From assembly GCA_964404825.1 (NCBI GenBank), contig CAYOLQ010000009.1, positions 1 to 63,707 on the forward strand: a stretch of 63,707 bases of DNA. Reading direction: 5' to 3'. The notes below the pieces were generated by a model. That model ran no database searches, was not told where the DNA came from, and was given only the letters and a program-made list of their open reading frames with translations. Shown here one piece after another: positions 26,659-37,036 of the stretch; position 1 is the first letter of the stretch, and the number at the start of each line of letters is the position of its first letter. This DNA is from an uncultured Chitinophaga sp. (GTDB lineage Bacteria > Bacteroidota > Bacteroidia > Bacteroidales > GCA-2748055). The translations under genes were made by a program, and so were the position numbers.

Positions 26659-27399
26659 TTACGAAAGAGAATCGATGAAGCCGATTAGTTTCAGCAGGTC
26701 GTATTCAAATTTTGGAGTAATTTTCTGAGCTTTAATAAATTGGGAAATTTCAGGCTGGCCTTCGAACTGATGCAAAAGTTTTTTACGGTTTTTCTCAAGT
26801 TTCAGAAGTTTGCCTTTTTGGAAAATATAATATGTCTGTTCAACTACCAGTTTATCTTCTTTAATCCCGGCATCTAATATTGGATTATAAGCTCCCTGAA
26901 CCAGTTTGGTGGAATAATGGCATAGAAGGCTTGATTTTTTATTATAAATAATTTTAAAAAAGCCAACCGGTTCAGCAATACCTAGTGTAGAATTACTGAT
27001 ATATACTTCTTCATTTGATTTAAAAGCAAGACTATAAGTGTTCGTAGCGTGTAGTACTTTTACCCTGTCCTCATGATTTATTTCAATAAGGTTTGCTTTT
27101 GCATCAATTCTTACAGGAACATTCAGAATTTTTGCCTGATTTTCAAGAAGGGTTATATCGGCCATTTGCCATTCCGTATTTACAAACGGACTACCGGTCT
27201 GATATGTGGAATTAACAGGTCTGTCTGTAATAAATACTTTATTCCAGGCATTGGAATTATCAAAATTCAATACTCCAAAGCTGGAACTGTTAACGGAAAT
27301 TGCACTGGAGCCTCCTGTATACTGCGCACTAACTGAGGTTGCAAAAAGAATAAGTGTAAATATGCCAACACTTATTTTTAATGTTTCAAATGGTTTCAT
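26659..27399 (-). CDS. secreted protein, function unknown
   Basis: The ATG at 27399 gives MKPFETLKISVGIFTLILFATSVSAQ (signal peptide). The 19-aa upstream extension in the track ORF has no signal-peptide character. Confidence 0.65.
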   Translation of the reverse strand: MKPFETLKISVGIFTLILFATSVSAQYTGGSSAISVNSSSFGVLNFDNSNAWNKVFITDRPVNSTYQTGSPFVNTEWQMADITLLENQAKILNVPVRIDAKANLIEINHEDRVKVLHATNTYSLAFKSNEEVYISNSTLGIAEPVGFFKIIYNKKSSLLCHYSTKLVQGAYNPILDAGIKEDKLVVEQTYYIFQKGKLLKLEKNRKKLLHQFEGQPEISQFIKAQKITPKFEYDLLKLIGFIDSLS

Positions 27400-27644
27400 T
27401 ATTATAAATCTTTCGTGATTTTCAAATATGTTACAAAAGTAGTCCAAAACCAACATAATTATTCATTTTCTTATAGAAAAAAATAAATAATATTAATCTG
27501 TCAGTACAGATAACAACAAAGCTATTAGAATTGTTGCATTCATTTTCTTTAAGTATACAATAATTCCTTAGGACAAAATGGTATTGTGTTTCAGGATGGC
27601 AAGGGTATTAGTTACCTGCCTGCATATTATCGTTACAAGGAATT

Positions 27645-27672
27645 AAAAAAGCCAATGGAATCTATTCCATTG
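27645..27672 (-). terminator. rho-independent terminator downstream of tRNA-Ala
   Basis: On the minus strand, caatggaa-taga-ttccattg is followed by gc and a T6 run. Confidence 0.7.
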
Positions 27673-27683
27673 ACTTATTAAGG

Positions 27684-27757
27684 TGGAGATAAGGGGTTTC
27701 GAACCCCTGACCTTGTGGCTGCCAGCCACACGCTCTAGCCAACTGAGCTATATCCCC
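27684..27757 (-). tRNA. tRNA-Ala (anticodon GGC)
   Basis: 74-nt cloverleaf folded by hand: GGGGATA-TA-GCTC-AGTTGGCTA-GAGC-G-TGTGG-CTGGCAG-CCACA-AGGTC-AGGGG-TTCGAAA-CCCCT-TATCTCC-A. The G3:U70 wobble pair, the Ala identity element, is present. CCA is not encoded. Confidence 0.95.
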
Positions 27758-28055
27758 TTTAAAGAATGCCAAAAGTAAGAGTTTTTTGGATATCTCCCAA
27801 GAAATCAGAAAAAATCCAAAAGTTTCTGGTCGCAAGGATAGAAAACGCTTTTTTAACAAATACAGGGTCTATTTACTTTGTAAAATAGTGAAGTTTGGTT
27901 TAATATTTGCATTCTGCATATATATAGGTTAACCAAAAAGTTCCCGGCACCTGCCGATTAACTCTCATTATGATCGAATCCTGAGGTAAGATCCTCAGAA
28001 TTTGTTTCAATCATACACAGCAAGCAAAATTCTATTAATCACAAAACCTATTGCC

Positions 28056-28733
28056 ATGCTACTGAAAAAATCAAATGATGCCGATCTTGAAAAGAAAAGG
28101 GGAATGTTTCTGCAGATTGGTCTATTGCTTTCACTTTCTCTGGTACTGCTGGCTTTTAATCATAAAACCAAACCTGATTATGAAATCAGGCAAAACCTGA
28201 ATTTTACGGAAAGTTTTCTGACCGAAGAAATTGAATCTACTATCAGGGAAAAGAGCAAACCAATGCCACTGAAAATCCCGGACATAATTACATTTGTTCC
28301 CGATGATACTCCAATTGATATTGAAATTGACTTCACAGTTGAGGCTAACGGGAATACGGAAGTGTTTAATCACGGTCTTGATTTTGAACCTGAAAATATT
28401 ATTGAACAGACTTATGAATTTCTACCGTATGAGGATATGCCGACTTTTAACGGGGGAGATCCAGGCACTGAATTCCGAAAGTTTATTATGCAAAATGTTA
28501 TATATCCGGAAATAGCCATATCAAATGGAATTGGAGGCATTGTATATGTGCAGTTCACGATAAATTCGAAAGGCCAACTGGTTGATCCGGTTGTAGTACG
28601 TTCAGTTGACGCTGCCCTGGACAAGGAGGCAATAAGGGTTATTTCGGAATCTCCTCTTTGGACTCCCGGTAAACAGGGAAATACGAAGGTAAGTGTGCGG
28701 TACACCTTCCCGATTAAATTTACCCTGATGTAA
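28056..28733 (+). CDS. TonB-family energy transducer (paralogue 1)
   Basis: The ATG at 28056 gives MLLKKSNDADLEKKRGMFLQIGLLLSLSLVLLAF (TM anchor). C-terminal TonB domain: MPTFNGGDPGTEFRKFI...GGIVYVQFTINSKGQLVDPVVV...WTPGKQ. Confidence 0.85.
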   Translation: MLLKKSNDADLEKKRGMFLQIGLLLSLSLVLLAFNHKTKPDYEIRQNLNFTESFLTEEIESTIREKSKPMPLKIPDIITFVPDDTPIDIEIDFTVEANGNTEVFNHGLDFEPENIIEQTYEFLPYEDMPTFNGGDPGTEFRKFIMQNVIYPEIAISNGIGGIVYVQFTINSKGQLVDPVVVRSVDAALDKEAIRVISESPLWTPGKQGNTKVSVRYTFPIKFTLM

Positions 28734-29034
28734 TTACAAGGGAAACCGGTTAATTCTATATGAAGGGATTAGAAAAGTTGTTGAAAAGGGATAATCCGGA
28801 AAAACTGAAGTTGCGAAAATACTATTTATACTGATTATTATTTTTAAAAAAAGGGAAGGTGCAATGCATAAATTATCAATATAAAATGCAGATAATTAAC
28901 AGAATAGAATAAATAGCATTTCGTTTTTAATCAATGAGGTAAAGATTATCCCGCATATTTGAAAATCAACTTGAAAAATTCTTTTGAAATTAATCATATA
29001 ATTTACTATTTTTAGACCCGCAAAATCAAATACC

Positions 29035-29718
29035 ATGGAACTAAAAAAATCAATTAAAGCTGATCTTGAAAGAAACAGAGGAGTGTTCCTTCAGATTGGA
29101 CTTGTAGTAGTTCTTTCCCTTACATTTATAGCTTTTGAGTGGACGACTAAACCCGACACATCAAAACAGGATAAGCTTGTTGCAGATGCAACATTCGAAG
29201 TGGAAGAAATGCAGATAACAAGACGTGAAGAGCCTAAACCCGAGCCAATTCAACAGCAACAGGTGGCTGAAATTCTGAATATTGTTCAGGATGATGCAAA
29301 GATTGACGATGATTTTGATTTTGATGTTGAAGCAAATGCTGAAACTGAATTCAAGTTCACCGGTTTTGCCGAAGAGGAAGAGGAATTTGTTGAAGAAGAG
29401 GTTTTTTATATCGTTGAGGATATGCCAACTTTTAATGGCGGGGATCCTGCAGTTGAATTCAGAAAATATATTTTCCAGAATCTTCGTTATCCGGATATTG
29501 CAGCTGAAAACGGGATCAGTGGAAGGGTTATCGTACAATTTGCCATCAATTCTAAGGGTAAGCTGGTTGATCCAGTAGTTGTGGTACCTGTAGATCCGGC
29601 ACTTGACAAGGAAGCCATCCGCGTTGTATTGGCATCTCCCGCTTGGACTCCGGGAAAACAGAGAGGTAAACCTGTAAAAGTGCTTTATACTTTTCCGATT
29701 AACTTCGTTTTACAATAA
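29035..29718 (+). CDS. TonB-family energy transducer (paralogue 2)
   Basis: 227 aa with the same architecture: MELKKSIKADLERNRGVFLQIGLVVVLSL..., an acidic linker, and MPTFNGGDPAVEFRKYI...GRVIVQFAINSKGKLVDPVVV...WTPGKQ. Confidence 0.85.
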   Translation: MELKKSIKADLERNRGVFLQIGLVVVLSLTFIAFEWTTKPDTSKQDKLVADATFEVEEMQITRREEPKPEPIQQQQVAEILNIVQDDAKIDDDFDFDVEANAETEFKFTGFAEEEEEFVEEEVFYIVEDMPTFNGGDPAVEFRKYIFQNLRYPDIAAENGISGRVIVQFAINSKGKLVDPVVVVPVDPALDKEAIRVVLASPAWTPGKQRGKPVKVLYTFPINFVLQ

Positions 29719-29723
29719 TAAAG

Positions 29724-29755
29724 AATCCCGGTCAGCTGACCGGGATTTTTCTTTT
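29724..29755 (+). terminator. rho-independent terminator
   Basis: Perfect palindrome aatcccggtcag/ctgaccgggatt (29724-29747) running into a T-rich tail. Confidence 0.8.
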
Positions 29756-29860
29756 CAATCTTTATCTTTCTCTTTTCCCAAAGCAGAATATTTGTAAAAA
29801 CATTACTTCTAAATGATATCTTTTATATATTAGTAATGTCAAATTTGAAATACATAAACT

Positions 29861-31036
29861 ATGAGAAAACTTTTATTCCTTCTGATTAGTGTTATTCTTA
29901 TTTCTTCTTGCGGAGGCACACGCAAACAGCTTCAAAGAGGTAATTATGATGCGGTTATCAATAAAGCTGTTAAAAAATTAATCAAAAACCCCGACAGTGA
30001 GGATGATGCAAGAATTCTTGATAAAGCATATAAACTTGCAAACGACAGGGATCTTGAGAGAGTTAAATACCTTAAACTGGAGAATAATCCCAACAATTAT
30101 GATGAGGTTTTTGCCCGCTACGAAAGCCTTAAAGCCCGCCAGTCCTGGGTAAGAACCGTTCTTCCGCTGAACCTTGACGGAATGAGTCTTAACTATAGTT
30201 TTGTGGATTATGACGCTGAAATAGTGTCTGCTAAACGTAAAGCAGCTGAATATTTTTATGCAAATGGAAAAAAATTGCTGCAGAACCCTGATAAAATTTC
30301 TCATAGGGAGGCATACTATCAGCTTATCAGGGCACAGCAGTATTCAGGCGATTCTTATCCTGATCTTAATGAATTGATCATAAGGGCGCGCTATCAGGGA
30401 ATAAGCCGGGTACTGGTTCAGGTGGAGAATAGTGCAAGAATTTTAATATCTCCTGATTTTCAGGATGAACTGTTAACCTTTAATTCTCAGGAACTTAACT
30501 CTGAATGGGTGGAATTTCACCTTCGTCATTTAAATGAAGAAATTGATTATGATTATATGGCAGTTATTCATATTATCGATATAGTAGTATCACCCGAAGA
30601 TACCAGAAACCTGGATAAAATTTATAAGAAGGATGTGGAAAATGGTTTCGATTATGCAAAAGATGCCAGGGGTAATGTTATGAAAGATACCGCCGGAAAC
30701 GACATAAAAATTATCCGGTATAAGACACTTCAATGTTCACTTGTGGAAACCACACAGAAAAAGTCTGTTTCAATCAGGGGAGAAGTTGAAATTATTGAAC
30801 TTGAACCCATTCGTAAACTTCTGGTTAAGGAACCAATAGGGGCAGAGAACGTTTTTACACATTCATCGGCCCGTGCAATTGGAGAAGAGGGAGCTCTTGA
30901 TGCTGAAGCCTTGGAAAAGATTAAAAGACAAGCTATTCCATATCCAAATGATCTTCAAATGATTTACAATACAGCAGAAACACTTAAACCTGCTATTAAA
31001 AATGCTATTTTTAATAACAGAAGATTCATTAATTAG
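29861..31036 (+). CDS. lipoprotein, function unknown
   Basis: 391 aa. Signal with lipobox MRKLLFLLISVILISSCGG. Confidence 0.7.
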   Translation: MRKLLFLLISVILISSCGGTRKQLQRGNYDAVINKAVKKLIKNPDSEDDARILDKAYKLANDRDLERVKYLKLENNPNNYDEVFARYESLKARQSWVRTVLPLNLDGMSLNYSFVDYDAEIVSAKRKAAEYFYANGKKLLQNPDKISHREAYYQLIRAQQYSGDSYPDLNELIIRARYQGISRVLVQVENSARILISPDFQDELLTFNSQELNSEWVEFHLRHLNEEIDYDYMAVIHIIDIVVSPEDTRNLDKIYKKDVENGFDYAKDARGNVMKDTAGNDIKIIRYKTLQCSLVETTQKKSVSIRGEVEIIELEPIRKLLVKEPIGAENVFTHSSARAIGEEGALDAEALEKIKRQAIPYPNDLQMIYNTAETLKPAIKNAIFNNRRFIN

Positions 31037-31068
31037 TACATTAGATAATTAAAGTACTCAAATTTTCC

Positions 31069-31120
31069 GAAGACGGAAATCATGGATAGCATACTTGATT
31101 TCCGTCTTCCTCTTTTTAAT
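31069..31120 (+). terminator. rho-independent terminator
   Basis: 14-bp stem gaagacggaaatca (31069-31082) / tgatttccgtcttc (31096-31109), followed by ctcttttt. Confidence 0.75.
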
Positions 31121-31198
31121 TTCCGGCAATCATATCCTGCATTTCGTTTCCTACTCTTCCAATTCCATTACCCCTAATGGGCCTAAATACTTTTTAAC

Positions 31199-31206
31199 TA
31201 CCTTTG
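31199..31206 (+). promoter_or_regulatory. Bacteroidota-type -7 promoter box (TAnnTTTG) for hflX
   Basis: tacctttg at 31199-31206, 18 nt upstream of the ATG at 31225. The TTG start used by the ORF track (31204) lies inside this box. Confidence 0.6.
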
Positions 31207-31224
31207 CAACCGAATTATGATACT

Positions 31225-32418
31225 ATGGCTGATTTTTTCGAAACGAACGTACAAGCAGAAAAGGCTGTCCTGGTTGGGGTTATAAACCAGAATCAGGATG
31301 AGAAAGAAGTATATGATTACCTTAATGAACTGGCATTTCTGACAGAAACTGCCGGTGCTGTTCATGTCAGGAATTTTACTCAGAAACTGGAATCTCCAAA
31401 TCCCCGCACATTTATTGGCTCAGGAAAGCTCGAAGAAATCCGTCAGTTTGTTATTGAAAACGATATAAATCTTGTAATTTTCGACGACGAACTGTCCCCG
31501 ACACAATTAAGAAATCTGGATAAAGAACTTAATGTTAAGATTCTGGATCGCACCAATCTGATTCTGGATATTTTTGCTACAAGGGCACAGACAGCTCATG
31601 CAAAAACTCAGGTAGAACTTGCACAATGCCAGTATCTTCTCCCCCGTTTAACGCGCATGTGGACTCACCTTGAGCGTCAGAAGGGAGGAATAGGTTTAAG
31701 GGGACCCGGGGAAACAGAAATTGAAACCGACCGCAGGATAATCAGGGATAAAATTACCCGTCTGAAGGAACAATTATCCAAAATCGATAAACAGATGGCC
31801 ACACAGCGCAAAAACAGAGCGAGAATGACCCGTGTGGCTCTTGTAGGATATACCAATGTTGGTAAATCCACCTTAATGAATCTTATAAGCAAATCTGATG
31901 TGTTTGCGGAAAACAAATTATTTGCAACCCTTGATACAACTGTGCGCAAAGTTGTAATTGAAAATCTGCCATTTTTGTTATCCGATACTGTAGGATTCAT
32001 CAGAAAACTGCCTCATGATCTTGTCGAATCGTTTAAATCAACCCTTGATGAATTGCGTGAAGCCGATATACTCCTTCATGTAGTTGACATTTCACATCCG
32101 GGATTTGAAGAACAGATAAGGGTTGTTAATGAAACGCTAAAGGAAATTGGTGCAGGTGATAAAAGAATGATAATGGTGTTTAATAAAATTGACGCTTATA
32201 CCTACATTCATAAGGAGGAGGATGACCTTTCACCCTCCACAGTTGAAAACATGACCCTCGATGAGCTTAAAAACAGCTGGATGGCAAGGAATAATGCTAC
32301 CTCCATGTTTATTTCGGCTAAACGGAAGGAGAATATTGATGAATTCAAGGAATTACTTTACAGGCAGGTAAAGGAAATTCACGCCGTAAGATATCCTTAT
32401 AATGATTTTCTGTACTAA
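31225..32418 (+). CDS. hflX: GTPase HflX
   Basis: G1 GYTNVGKSTLMN, G3 DTVGFI, NKID, and an HflX N-terminal domain. The start is moved to the ATG at 31225 (MADFFETNVQ...). Confidence 0.93.
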   Translation: MADFFETNVQAEKAVLVGVINQNQDEKEVYDYLNELAFLTETAGAVHVRNFTQKLESPNPRTFIGSGKLEEIRQFVIENDINLVIFDDELSPTQLRNLDKELNVKILDRTNLILDIFATRAQTAHAKTQVELAQCQYLLPRLTRMWTHLERQKGGIGLRGPGETEIETDRRIIRDKITRLKEQLSKIDKQMATQRKNRARMTRVALVGYTNVGKSTLMNLISKSDVFAENKLFATLDTTVRKVVIENLPFLLSDTVGFIRKLPHDLVESFKSTLDELREADILLHVVDISHPGFEEQIRVVNETLKEIGAGDKRMIMVFNKIDAYTYIHKEEDDLSPSTVENMTLDELKNSWMARNNATSMFISAKRKENIDEFKELLYRQVKEIHAVRYPYNDFLY

Positions 32419-32509
32419 ATATTTGTCTGATAATTCGTAAACACATGAATCAGTCTACTGCAAAGCCGGATTCTGTCTGCAATTCTTGAAGTATCAAACC
32501 GGGCAACTT

Positions 32510-33499
32510 TCAGAGTAATCCCTTTTTAAGCAGATATTCTGCAATCTGAACAGCGTTCGTTGCAGCACCCTTGCGAAGATTGTCGGATACTACCCAGAAA
32601 TTCAGAGTTTTTGGCTGTGTTTCATCTCTCCGGATTCTTCCCACGAAAACTTCATCCCTGTCGGCGCTTGTTCTGGGCATAGGATACAGGTTTTTAGAGG
32701 GGTCATCCTGCAGGATTATTCCGGGTGAATCAGATAATATTTTGCGGATATCGTCTAATTCAAATTCGTGTTCAAATTCAACATTAACTGTTTCGGAATG
32801 ACCTCCTGAAACAGGCACTCTTACTGCGGTAGCTGTTACACGAATAGTGTCATCGCCAATTATCTTTTTGGTTTCATTTACGAGTTTCATTTCCTCTTTC
32901 GTATATCCATTTTCCGTAAAAACATCACACTGTGGAATACAGTTTTTATCAATTACATGTGGATAGGCCATTGGGCCGGATATACCGGCTCTTTCGTTTT
33001 CAAGCTGCTGAACGGCCTTAACACCGGTTCCGGTAACGGACTGATAAGTTGAAATAACCAGACGTTTTGCCTTAAATTTTCTGTGCAAGGGCGCAAGTGC
33101 TACTACCATTTGAATTGTAGAGCAATTGGGATTGGCAATGATTTTGTCATCTTTTCCCAGTGTATCTGCATTGATTTCAGGCACTATCAGCTTTTTGGTT
33201 TTATCCATTCTCCAGGCTGAACTATTATCAACAACCGTTGTTCCTGCTTTTGCAAATTCAGGAGCCCATTCCAGAGAGGTATTTCCACCAGCTGAGAAAA
33301 TAGCTAGTGCCGGTTTTTGTGCAATTGCATCCCGCATGCTGATCACTTTATACTTTTTACCTTTAAACTCAACATCCTTTCCAACAGATTTCTCTGATGC
33401 CACAGGTAATAATTCCGTGACAGGAAAATTCCTTTCTGCAAGAACTTTCAACATAATCTGACCAACCAGACCAGTTGCACCAACAACAGCAACTTTCAT
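32510..33499 (-). CDS. asd: aspartate-semialdehyde dehydrogenase
   Basis: 329 aa. MKVAVVGATGLVGQ Rossmann motif and the active-site NPNCSTI. Confidence 0.95.
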   Translation of the reverse strand: MKVAVVGATGLVGQIMLKVLAERNFPVTELLPVASEKSVGKDVEFKGKKYKVISMRDAIAQKPALAIFSAGGNTSLEWAPEFAKAGTTVVDNSSAWRMDKTKKLIVPEINADTLGKDDKIIANPNCSTIQMVVALAPLHRKFKAKRLVISTYQSVTGTGVKAVQQLENERAGISGPMAYPHVIDKNCIPQCDVFTENGYTKEEMKLVNETKKIIGDDTIRVTATAVRVPVSGGHSETVNVEFEHEFELDDIRKILSDSPGIILQDDPSKNLYPMPRTSADRDEVFVGRIRRDETQPKTLNFWVVSDNLRKGAATNAVQIAEYLLKKGLL

Positions 33500-33611
33500 A
33501 ATTATTATTTTAATTTATTAGTAAATGATAAAAAATATTTATTAATTTTATGTTTCTCCCCAATCAGACTTTCGATTTATAAGCCGCAAAAATCGCAAAA
33601 ATTATCCGGAT

Positions 33612-36221
33612 GTGAAAAAAATGTACTTTATTTTTTCATTCTGGCCGCTTTTTGTATTGGGTCAGGTTTATGATGACTTCGAAAGCGGCCTTGGCGGTAC
33701 CTGGGAACAGTTTCCCGAGAATCGCTGGGAATCTTCACCCGATCAGGCATTGTCGGGTTTATACTCTCTGCATCATGCATTTGATAATACTACCTCGGGT
33801 ACCGACAGGATTTCGTTGGAAACCGGTAGGTTTGATTTAAACAACAACATCAGCTGGGAATTTACCATACAGCATTCCTACACCCCTTCTTCTTCCAATA
33901 AATGGCAGGTTTTTCTGGCAAGCGATAAATCAGCCCGTGAAACAGATGGGCTAAATGACTTAAGCGGATATATATTCGGGGTTAATATTACCGGGAGTGA
34001 TGATACGCTCAGACTTTATGCTGTTATTGATGGTGTTCTTTCTTTAATTTGCGCAACCGATGTAAATTACGAAAATGATATTGGTTTGTCTCCTTTTCAT
34101 TTTATGATTAAAAGGGATACTGAAAATGGTTGGGAGATTTTTGGAAGTATTCCGGGAAATGAATTCAGAAGTATCGGGAAGTCTCAAAAAGACAATTATT
34201 ACTTTCCGGGTTTAAAACACTTTATGTTGTCATTCAGTTACACTTCATCAAAAGACCGATTGCTGTGGTTGGATGATGTTAATATTCAGGCATTTTTTCT
34301 TGTCGATTCTATTCCCCCCGAAATAAATAATTTTGAAATTGCCGGCAGAAAATCAATTGTTCTGGAAATGTCTGAAGAAATCGGAAATGGCATTCTTTCA
34401 GAAGAGAATTTTCTGCTCATGCCCGGGGGTCTCTCTCCTGAAAGCATTATAAAAAATGGTAAAATGCTTACATGTAATTTTGCACACGAATTTGCCCAAA
34501 GAACCGGCTATAAATTAATTGCAAAAAATCTTGAAGATCAGGAAGGTAATATTTTGATAAGCGACAGTGTTGAATTCTTTTATTACCGGGCAGAAAAAGA
34601 TGATATAATCATCAGTGAAATAATGGCGGATCCTTCTCCTGCAGTACATCTTCCGGAGAAGGAGTATCTTGAGTTGTATTGCAGGAGTGAATTCCCAATT
34701 GCTCTGGACTCATTTATTTTGCAGACAGGTAAAAAAGAATGGCGATTTCCGGAGTATACTATTAATCCAGGCGAGTATTTAATCATAACCAGCGGAGACA
34801 AGGGTTTAGGTATACTTCCTCTGTTTACTTCATCAACAGTGATTACGAATGATGGGCAACAGTTTTTTTTAAAGGATCCATATGGAGACATAATTACAGC
34901 GGCCGAGTTTTATTCCGATTGGTACGAGGATGAGTATAAGTCGCAGGGAGGATGGTCGCTCGAAAGAATTGATACTGACAATTCATGTGGAGGCAAAGAG
35001 AACTGGAGGGTATCCGGGGATAACACGGGAGGAACACCGGGAAGGCAAAATTCGGTATCAGGGACAAATACTTTTAGCGCTGCGCCTAGTATCGACAGAC
35101 TGGAATACCTTAATGATTCAACAATCAGACTGGTGTTTACCAAAAATGTGGATTCTAAGTCAATACCTTTACCTGATTCATTTTCCATTTCAGATGAGTT
35201 GTTGCTTGCAGATTCGCTGTGTTTTTCAGAGTACTTTTGTGGGAATCTGGAGATACAGTTTAAAGGGACTTTCAAAAAAGGACTGGTTTATCAATTGAGG
35301 GTACCCGACGGAATCAAAGATTGTACGGGTAATGCACTTGTCAGAAGCAAAGAAATACAGTTCGGATTGCCGGAAAAAATATCATTGACTGATATCATCA
35401 TTTCAGAAGTAATGTATTCATCTTTGCCCGGTTGCCCCGAATTCATTGAATTATTTAATCAATCTGACCAGCTTCTGGATTTGTCGGATGTAAGGATATC
35501 TGTCGGACCGGAATCTGGTTCCGGAAATCCTTCCATACCTGTGTCAACTCCATTTTTATTTTTCCCCGGGGATTTTCTGGTTTTATGCAGGGATAAAGAA
35601 AGCCTCTTAAATTGTCATAATGTGCCTGACCAAACGATGATAATTGAGGCAGGAGATATGCCTGCACTTCCTGATGAAGGAGCTTGCCTGGGAATTGTAA
35701 ACCGTTCTCTTGAGCCTATTGATAAATATTGCTATAAACCCGAAGATTCATTTCCAATGTTATCTGATTTGCATGGAGTTTCGTTGGAACGACTTCTACT
35801 CAACAGAAATACAGGAGATCAATCTTACTGGCATTCAGCATCTTCAATTTCTGATTTTGCTACTCCGGGGAGGGAAAATTCGCAATCCATATCGAATAAT
35901 GATTCACAAAATACGCTGGAGATTGTTCCTGAAATATTCTCCCCCGATAATAATGGAATTGATGATATTCTTGAAATACATTATGTAATAAATAGAGAAG
36001 GATTTGTAGGTACAGTTGCAGTATTTGATCCTTCAGGCAGATTTGTTTGTTTTCCGGGTCAGAATGAGATATTGGGTACCAAGGGAATGTTTCTGTGGGA
36101 TGGCAGGGATCAATACGGTGGAATATGTAATTCCGGAATTTATGTAATATTTGCTGAATTCTGGAATCTGAAAGGTGAACGGGAAAGATTTAAAAAAGCT
36201 GTTGTGCTTATCAGACAATAA
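33612..36221 (+). CDS. secreted protein with two lamin-tail-like domains (LTD) and a T9SS-type C-terminal domain
   Basis: 869 aa. Two LTD-like segments (IIISEIMADPSP...EYLELYCRS and IIISEVMYSSLPGCPEFIELFNQS). C-terminal EIFSPDNNGIDDILEI... resembles the gliding-motility/T9SS type-B sorting domain. Confidence 0.75.
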   Translation: MKKMYFIFSFWPLFVLGQVYDDFESGLGGTWEQFPENRWESSPDQALSGLYSLHHAFDNTTSGTDRISLETGRFDLNNNISWEFTIQHSYTPSSSNKWQVFLASDKSARETDGLNDLSGYIFGVNITGSDDTLRLYAVIDGVLSLICATDVNYENDIGLSPFHFMIKRDTENGWEIFGSIPGNEFRSIGKSQKDNYYFPGLKHFMLSFSYTSSKDRLLWLDDVNIQAFFLVDSIPPEINNFEIAGRKSIVLEMSEEIGNGILSEENFLLMPGGLSPESIIKNGKMLTCNFAHEFAQRTGYKLIAKNLEDQEGNILISDSVEFFYYRAEKDDIIISEIMADPSPAVHLPEKEYLELYCRSEFPIALDSFILQTGKKEWRFPEYTINPGEYLIITSGDKGLGILPLFTSSTVITNDGQQFFLKDPYGDIITAAEFYSDWYEDEYKSQGGWSLERIDTDNSCGGKENWRVSGDNTGGTPGRQNSVSGTNTFSAAPSIDRLEYLNDSTIRLVFTKNVDSKSIPLPDSFSISDELLLADSLCFSEYFCGNLEIQFKGTFKKGLVYQLRVPDGIKDCTGNALVRSKEIQFGLPEKISLTDIIISEVMYSSLPGCPEFIELFNQSDQLLDLSDVRISVGPESGSGNPSIPVSTPFLFFPGDFLVLCRDKESLLNCHNVPDQTMIIEAGDMPALPDEGACLGIVNRSLEPIDKYCYKPEDSFPMLSDLHGVSLERLLLNRNTGDQSYWHSASSISDFATPGRENSQSISNNDSQNTLEIVPEIFSPDNNGIDDILEIHYVINREGFVGTVAVFDPSGRFVCFPGQNEILGTKGMFLWDGRDQYGGICNSGIYVIFAEFWNLKGERERFKKAVVLIRQ

Positions 36222-36226
36222 TTTTT

Positions 36227-37036
36227 TCAGAGGCTTTCTATCAGTTTTTCCATAATCAATGTCATTTTGGGAGCGGAAGCAGCTGCGGCCCTTTGAACGT
36301 CTTCTGCACTTACTTCAACTATTTTTCCGGGAACACCAAGGTCTGAAATAATAGAAATGGCAAAACATGGCATCCCCATCTGGTGCGCAACAATAACTTC
36401 AGGAACGGTGGACATTCCGACTGCATCACCGCCTATAACTCTAAAATACTGATATTCCTTTGGGGTTTCGAGAGTAGGACCGGTTACTCCAACATAACAA
36501 CCCTGACGGACAATTATATTATTTTCTTTTGCAATCTGAAGAGCTTTGTTAATGAGATTCTTGTCATAAGTTTCACTCATATCGGGGAAACGATCACCAA
36601 ATTCAGGAAAGTGTTTTCCAATCAGGGGGTTTGGAAGGAGGTTTATATGATCTGTCTGAATCATAAGATCGCCGATTTCAAAAGATGGATTCATACCGCC
36701 ACTGGCATTGGACACAAAAAGATATTTAATTCCAAGAAACTTCATCACCCTGATAGGGAACGTTACCTGCTGCATGGTATAGCCCTCGTAGAAATGAAAA
36801 CGACCCTGCATGGCCATTATCTTTTTACCACCCAGGATACCAAAAATTAACTTTCCATGGTGTCCGGGTGCTGTGCTTACGGGAAAATTTGGAATTTCCT
36901 CATAATCAAGAGACATAAATACATCAATATCGTTTACCATCCCACCCAGACCGGTACCGAGGATTATTGCTATTTCGGGCTGAAACTTAGTTTTATCCTT
37001 AATAAAGGCTACTGTTTCATTTATTGCTGCTAACAT
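36227..37036 (-). CDS. purine nucleoside phosphorylase (trimeric PNP/PunA family)
   Basis: 269 aa. ...GHHGKLIFG...MQGRFHFYEGY...VSNASGG...GMSTVPE.... Confidence 0.9.
   Translation of the reverse strand: MLAAINETVAFIKDKTKFQPEIAIILGTGLGGMVNDIDVFMSLDYEEIPNFPVSTAPGHHGKLIFGILGGKKIMAMQGRFHFYEGYTMQQVTFPIRVMKFLGIKYLFVSNASGGMNPSFEIGDLMIQTDHINLLPNPLIGKHFPEFGDRFPDMSETYDKNLINKALQIAKENNIIVRQGCYVGVTGPTLETPKEYQYFRVIGGDAVGMSTVPEVIVAHQMGMPCFAISIISDLGVPGKIVEVSAEDVQRAAAASAPKMTLIMEKLIESL

Noticed and set aside
27684-27757. tRNA-Ala as an integration site for a mobile element
   Set aside because: No integrase or recombinase is present. By eye (not an exhaustive search) I saw no direct repeat of the tRNA 3' end in the flanking 5 kb. 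The flanking genes are ordinary TonB and secreted-protein genes.
31204-31224. TTG start for hflX, and similarly the GTG at 18705 for the 18732 gene
   Set aside because: Both alternative starts fall inside TAnnTTTG -7 promoter boxes (31199-31206 and 18698-18705). In-frame ATGs lie 21-27 nt downstream and give sensible N-termini.
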